DNA from: the human T2T-CHM13v2.0 reference genome, Homo sapiens
DNA length: 64,000 nucleotides
Assembly: GCF_009914755.1 (NCBI RefSeq)
Contig: NC_060938.1
Reading direction: 5' to 3' (one strand)
Below are positions 58,501-64,000 of this stretch, one piece after another (position 1 is the first letter of the stretch; each line of letters opens with the position of its first letter). The notes under the pieces were generated by a model. The model was not told the origin of the DNA. It saw only the letters and a program-made list of their open reading frames with translations, and searched no databases. The translations under genes and the position numbers were made by a program.

Positions 58501-60586
58501 GATAAAAAGGAAAGGTGAAAACCAACATAAAGAAATTAATGAAACAATTCAGGACATGAATGAAAAATGTTCTAAAGAGACAGACATTGTAAAGAAAAAC
58601 AAACCAGAACTTTTGGAAGTGAAAGACACATTTAGGGAACTACAAAATGCAGCGAAAAATCTTAACAGTAGACTAGACCAAGAAGAAAAAAGAATTTCAG
58701 AGCTCGAAAACAAGGCTTTCTAAGTAACCCAATCAGACAAAAATAAAGAAAGAAGAATGAATAGATATGAAGAAAATCTCCAAGAAATATGGAATTATGT
58801 AAAATGGCCAAACCTAAGAATCACAGGCGTTCCTGAGAAAGAAGGTAGATCCCTGTCACTCTCCATATACATAATTAACTCGAGATGGATTAAAGATTTA
58901 AATCTAAGACCTAAACCTATAAAAAATTTAAGAAGAAAACCTAGGAAAAACTCTTCTGGACATTGGCCTAGGCAACAAATTTATGACTAAGACCACAAAT
59001 GCAAATGCAACAAAAACAAAAATAAATGGGACCTAATTAAACTAAAAAGTTTCTGCACAGCAAAAGAAATAATCATCAGAGCAAACAACCTACAGGATGG
59101 GAGAAAATACTTGCAAATTATATATCCAACAAAGGGCTAATATCCAGAATCTACAAGGAACTCAAACATATCAGAAAAAAAAAAGTAATCCTATTAAAAA
59201 GTGGGCAAATGACATAAACAGACAGTTCTCAAAAGAAGATATACAAATGGCCAACAAACATGAAAAAAAATGATCAACATCACTAATCAGAGAAATCCAA
59301 ATGAAAGCCACAATAAGATACCATCTTATCCCAGCAGAATGGCCATTATTAAAATGTCAAACAACAATAGATATTGGTGTGGATGTAATGAAATGAGAAT
59401 GCTTATACACTACTGATGGAAATGTAAATCAGTACAACCTCTATGGAAAATAGTATGGAGATTTCTCAAAGAACTAAAAGTAGATCTATCATTTGAATCA
59501 GGAATCCCACTACAGGGTATCTACCCAAAGGAAAATAAGTCACTATGTCAAAAAGACATCTGCACATCTATGTTTATCACAGCACAATTCACAATTGCAA
59601 CGATATGGAATCAACCTAAGTGCCCATCAACTGATGAGTGCATAAGGAAAATGTGGTATATATGTATACCATGGAATACTACTCAGCCATAAAGAAGAAC
59701 AAAATAATGTATTTTGCAGCAACTTGGTTAGAACTGGAGGCTATTATTCTAAGTAACTCAGAAATCAAAAGCCAACTATTTCATGTTCTCACTTACAAGT
59801 GGGAGCTAAGCTATGAGTACACAAAGACATACAGAGTGGTAGAGTGGACACTGGAGACTTGGAAGGGGGCAGTGTGAGAGGGGGTTGAGGGATGAAAAAC
59901 TACCTATTGGGTACAATGTACACTACTCAGGTGACAGGTGCCTAAAATCCCAGACTTCACCACTATACGATTCATCCATGTAACCAAAAACCACTTACAT
60001 CCTAAAGCAGGGGTCTCCAGCCATGAGCCAAGGACCACTACCAGTCCGTGGCCTGTTAGGAACCGGGATGCAGAGCAGCAGGTGAACAGCGGGTGGGTGA
60101 GCAAAGTTTCATCTGTATTTACAGCTGCCCCCTTCACTTGCATTACCACCTGAGCTCCACTTTCTGTCAGATCAGCGGTGGCATTAGATTGTCCTAGGAG
60201 CACAAGCTCTACTGTGAACTGTACATGCAAGGGATCTAGGTTGTGTGTTCCTTATGAGAATCTAATGTCTGATGACCTGAGGTGGAGCTGAGGTGGTGAT
60301 TCTAGTGCTGGGAGCAGCTACAAATACAAATTAACATTAGCAGAGAGGTTTGACTGCCCAGAGACCGTAGTAAATCTACTGCTTGCAGACTCATATCAAA
60401 ACCCTATCAGTGAGTGGCAAGTGACAAGCTGCATCTGGCGGCAGGCTTTAAGTCAGGATCTGATACTTCAGTCCGCACATGGCCCGCCCATTATTTTATT
60501 TACCACTTCTGTCCATACCTCTTTCCTGCACTATGCACTTGTCTCAGTCACTGTTTTGGTAAGCCCGCAAGCTACCCCTAGCCAAA

Positions 60587-62830
60587 ATGAGTAAAAAACA
60601 AATGTCACTGGAGAGCTTCTTTGAAAAGGGGGAAAGATCCAATGATGGGACAGCAGAAGATGCTAAAAGTGCCAACAAGAAGAAAACTCCATTTAAAAAA
60701 ATTACCAAGAGTCCTCCTTAAATTAAGAGTTCATTGCAACAGGTGATTCGCCTTCTCCAAGCCTGCTTTGTGTATGTGATGACCAGCTATGCAATAAAGC
60801 CACGAAACCTTCAAAACTGCTTCACCACATGGAGACCATGCACACTGCATTAAAAGACAAGCCTCTGGAGTTTTTCAAAAGAAAAAAACATGAACACAAA
60901 GAACAGAAGCAATTATTGAAGGCCACCACTTCATCAAATGCATCTGTACTGCGAGCATCATTCTCAGTGGCTAACCACATTGCTAAAGCTAAGAAGTCCT
61001 TTACTATTGGTGAAGAGTTGACCTGCTTGCTGCTAAGGACATTTGTCATGAACTTTTAGGAGAGGTTGCAGTTCAAAAGGTGGCACGTGTTCCTCTTTTG
61101 GCTAGCACTATAACTAGATGAATGATGAAATAACAGAGGATAGTGAGGTACAACTGTTAAAGAGGATTAATGAGTCATCGTGGTATGCAATCCAGGTTGA
61201 TGAGCCTGTCAATGTTGACGATAAGGCAAGAATGCTTGTTTTTATGTGATATATTTTTCAGGAGGATGTGCATGAGGATACGATATGCGTACTTTTGTTG
61301 CCAACCAACACCACAGCTGCAGAACTATTAAAGTCTTTGAATGATTACCTAACAGGAAAACCACATTGGTCATTTTGTTTTGGTATGTGCACAGACGAAG
61401 CAGCTGCCATGACTGAACGGCTTGCTGGTTTCACTACTCAAGTCAAAGAGGGTGCTTCTGAATGAGTCTATGCACTGTGTCATCCATGGAGAAATGCTGG
61501 GTAGCTGAACAATGTCACCTGAACCTAACAACGTTTTGCAGGATGTGATTAAAATTATCAGCCACATTAAAGTACATGCCCTTAACTCATGTCTGTTCTT
61601 GCAGCTCTGTGAGGAGATGCAGAGCACACACATCATCTCTTATACACAGAAGTGAGATGGCTTTCTAAAGGTAGATCACTGGCCAGAGATTTTGAGTTAC
61701 AACAGCTGCTCCAGAGAGTTCTTTTAGAAATACAGTCACTACTGGCAGCACATTTCAGTGACACAGAATGGGTTGTAAAACTTGTTTACTTGTGTGACTG
61801 ACATATTCAAATTCAACCTGCTCCACAAACTCAACCTGTCACTTCACGGGAAAACGACAACTGTGTTCAAGTCAGCAGATAAAGTGGATGCATTCAGAGA
61901 AAACTAGAATTATGGGGGCAACCAGTGAACATTGGGATTTTTGACATGTTTCAAATATTAGCAGAGATTTTGAAAGAGACTGAGCCAGGGCCTTCTTTCT
62001 CCCAGCTGGTGTATGATCATCTATCTCAGCTTTCAAAGGAGTTTGAGTATTACTTCCTAATATAGTCTGGCTGTGTCTCCACCCAAATCTCATCTTGAAT
62101 TGTAGTTCTCGTAATCCCCATGTGTCGTGGGAGAGACTGGTGGGAGGTAATTGACTCATAGGGGCAGTTACCCCCATGCTGTTCTCATGATAGTAGTGAG
62201 TTCTCACAAGATCTGATGGTTTTATAAGGGGCTTTTCCTCCTTCACCTGGCACTTCTCTCTCCTGATGCCATGTGAAGAAGGATGTGTTTGCATCCCTTC
62301 CACCACGATTGTAGGTTTCCTGAGGCCTCCGCAGCCATGCGGAACTATGGGTCAATTAAACCTCTTTCCTTTATAAATTACCCAGTCTCGGGTATTTCTT
62401 CATAGCAGCATGAGAATGGACCAACATACTTCTCAACCACCAAAGATCCCCAAATTGGGAAGAAATGGTTCCGCAACCCACTTGTAAATAAACCAGGTGA
62501 ATCAACTTTGTCCATGCTAGAAGAGGATCAACTTCCTGAGATTGCAAATGACTCTGGCCTTAAAAGTATGTCTGAGACAACTTCAAACCTCTATATGTTC
62601 TGGATTTAAGTCAAGGCAAAATATCCTGAGATTGCCTTGTGCACCAAAAAGCCTGCTTCCATTTCCAACATCTTATCTTTGTGAAGCAGGTTTTTCTGCA
62701 GTGACAGCAACAAAAATGAGACTACAGAGTAGAATGGACGTAAGCAACACACTTTGGGTGTCACTGTCTCCCATGACCCCAAGACGGGACTGTCTAGTTG
62801 CAGGAAAAAAAAGCTCAGGGCTCCCACTGA
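60587..62830 (+). pseudogene. Charlie/Buster-type hAT transposase, disrupted
   Basis: MSKKQMSLESFFEKG..., BED-like KPSKLLHHMETMH, IAKAKKSFTIGEEL, CTDEAAAMT, LLPFPTSYLCEAGFS, ending KAQGSH*; multiple stops and frameshifts. Confidence 0.9.
62058..62428 (+). mobile_element. THE1C/D solo LTR inside the Charlie3 transposase
   Basis: THE1 termini; TSD cttcc/cttct; the transposase frame (YYFP|TTKDP) rejoins when the LTR is removed. Confidence 0.92.
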
Positions 62831-63611
62831 CTCTATGGTGAGTTGCATAATTATTTCTTTATATATTACAGTGTAATAATAACAGAAATAAAGTACACAA
62901 TAAATGCAATGCACTTGAATCATCCCAAAACCATCCTTCTCTCTGCCTCCCAGTCTGTGAAAAAATTGTCCTCCATGAAAAGTGCCTCTGGTGCCAAAAA
63001 GGTTGGGGACCCCTGCCCTAAAGCTATTGAAACCAAATAATAATAATAATAATAATGATTTTTTAAAAGGACACTGCAGAAGGAAGGCGCTTCTCTTTCT
63101 GGTTCCATGTTTTCCATTTGTTGCATTTTCATTTCAGCATCCTGTGTGAGGATATCCAGTGGTACTCAACTCCATCAAGTTTCAGCAGTACCCACATTGG
63201 GCAGCTTCCCATCAAGTTTCAGTAGCCCCACCCCCTACTCAGATTCTTACTGAATCTGACAGACAACCTCACAGTCAATCCCCCAGCTTCACCCTACCAG
63301 CATCCTGGAGAGGTGTTTCCTGCCCATCATTCGTGGTGTGGTTCCCTGCCTTCCAGCGTCACTCCGCCTTTAATTAGGAACAGTGTCCTCTCCTTCCCCA
63401 GCAACTGTGGATCAGCTATGGCCCCAGTAACTCAGTAAGTCTCTCCACCATTCAGGGAGCTATAGCCACACCTCCAACAAGGTAGGAATCCCAGCCTTGC
63501 AGAGAGCCCCCTCTAAGTTTATATCTCCTTTGGGCACTGTCTGTCAGCCCAGGGGATTCTTTAGAGTCATCTCTGTCCTTTTACAGATAATCCCCTTATA
63601 GTTAATTATAT

Positions 63612-63761
63612 CAGGAGTCAGCAAATTTTTTTTCTCTGCCCAACTGTGAGCCTCTGCCAGCTGTAGCACAAAAGCACAGACAATTATAAATGAATGGGGT
63701 AGCTTGATTTGACCTGTGGTAAGCTAAATTTAGCCCATGGGATATGGCTTATCAACCTCTG
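63612..63761 (+). mobile_element. MER58-like MITE
   Basis: caggagtcagcaaatttt...tgtagcacaaaagcacagacaat...tcaacctctg. Confidence 0.7.
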
Positions 63762-64000
63762 CTGTATGTTAAGCTTTCCCTGTTAAAATTACTATGGGAC
63801 ATCTGTCTCATCTGTTTAGGGGCAAATGCTGAGTGAACTCTGAGGGACAAATGCAACAAATACGTCAAGTAGGAAAAGGAATAGAAAGTATCCTTCGGAA
63901 GTGCTAGTGACTGTATCAAAAGCAGTCTCAGTAAAATGCTTAGGTGAGGACGATGCCAGGTTGTGGAGTAAATAGGAGGTGAAAAAGCAGAAGCACTGTG

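Larger units (their letters stand above)
60008..63015 (+). mobile_element. Near full-length Charlie3 (MER1-family autonomous hAT DNA transposon)
   Basis: TIRs caggggtctccagcc / ggttggggacccctg; 8-bp TSD tcctaaag/ccctaaag; MER1-type subterminal sequence; internal transposase relic. Confidence 0.9.
55757..63066 (+). mobile_element. L1PA15/16-like element: long 5'UTR, ORF1 N-half, large internal deletion, ORF2 end and 3'UTR; interrupted by Charlie3
   Basis: 5' ccaagat...ggaggcatt...catgcctctcccact; ORF1 relic 58370-58843; jump to the ORF2 3' end at about 58845; 3'UTR resumes at 63016 with an (AAT)n tail. Confidence 0.85.
55590..63830. mobile_element. Old ERVL-type LTR (LTR33/LTR41-like) split into 55590-55729 and 63067-63830
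   Basis: ctccaaatccatccttc...atttctcctttg...ttggaaggg continues as aaggacactgca and ends ccctgttaaaattact...tctgtctc. Confidence 0.5.

Noticed and set aside
60587-62830. Domesticated transposase gene (ZBED/FAM200-like)
   Set aside because: The frame is broken many times and interrupted by THE1; TIRs and TSD show it is a decayed transposon copy.

Overview
This is primate (almost certainly human) genomic DNA from the 5' part of CEP128 (centrosomal protein 128 / C14orf145), transcribed on the minus strand. Six consecutive GT-AG coding exons (46538-46699, 44459-44545, 36088-36214, 34943-35061, 30068-30159, 25845-25917) splice in frame into the first 215 aa (MAESSSESDHFRCRDRLSPW...EKLNEAQKQEV). 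The promoter, upstream UTR exon(s) and downstream exons were not found in the window. The rest is intron dominated by transposon relics, including two nested stacks. The first is an old L1MA containing a younger L1MA, which itself contains a truncated L1MA with a probable 3' transduction and a full-length L1PA7/8-like element. The second is an old LTR containing an L1PA15/16-like element, which contains a near full-length Charlie3 hAT transposon, which contains a THE1 LTR. I see no demonstrably new biological system. The best leads are a 100-nt hairpin whose mismatches are mostly G-U pairs on the CEP128 sense strand, an exon layout that would give a stop-free ORF in an AUG-containing circRNA, a 267-bp templated dispersed duplication, and the 3' transduction tag. 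Repeat subfamily names come from recalled consensus sequences and need confirmation with RepeatMasker/Dfam.
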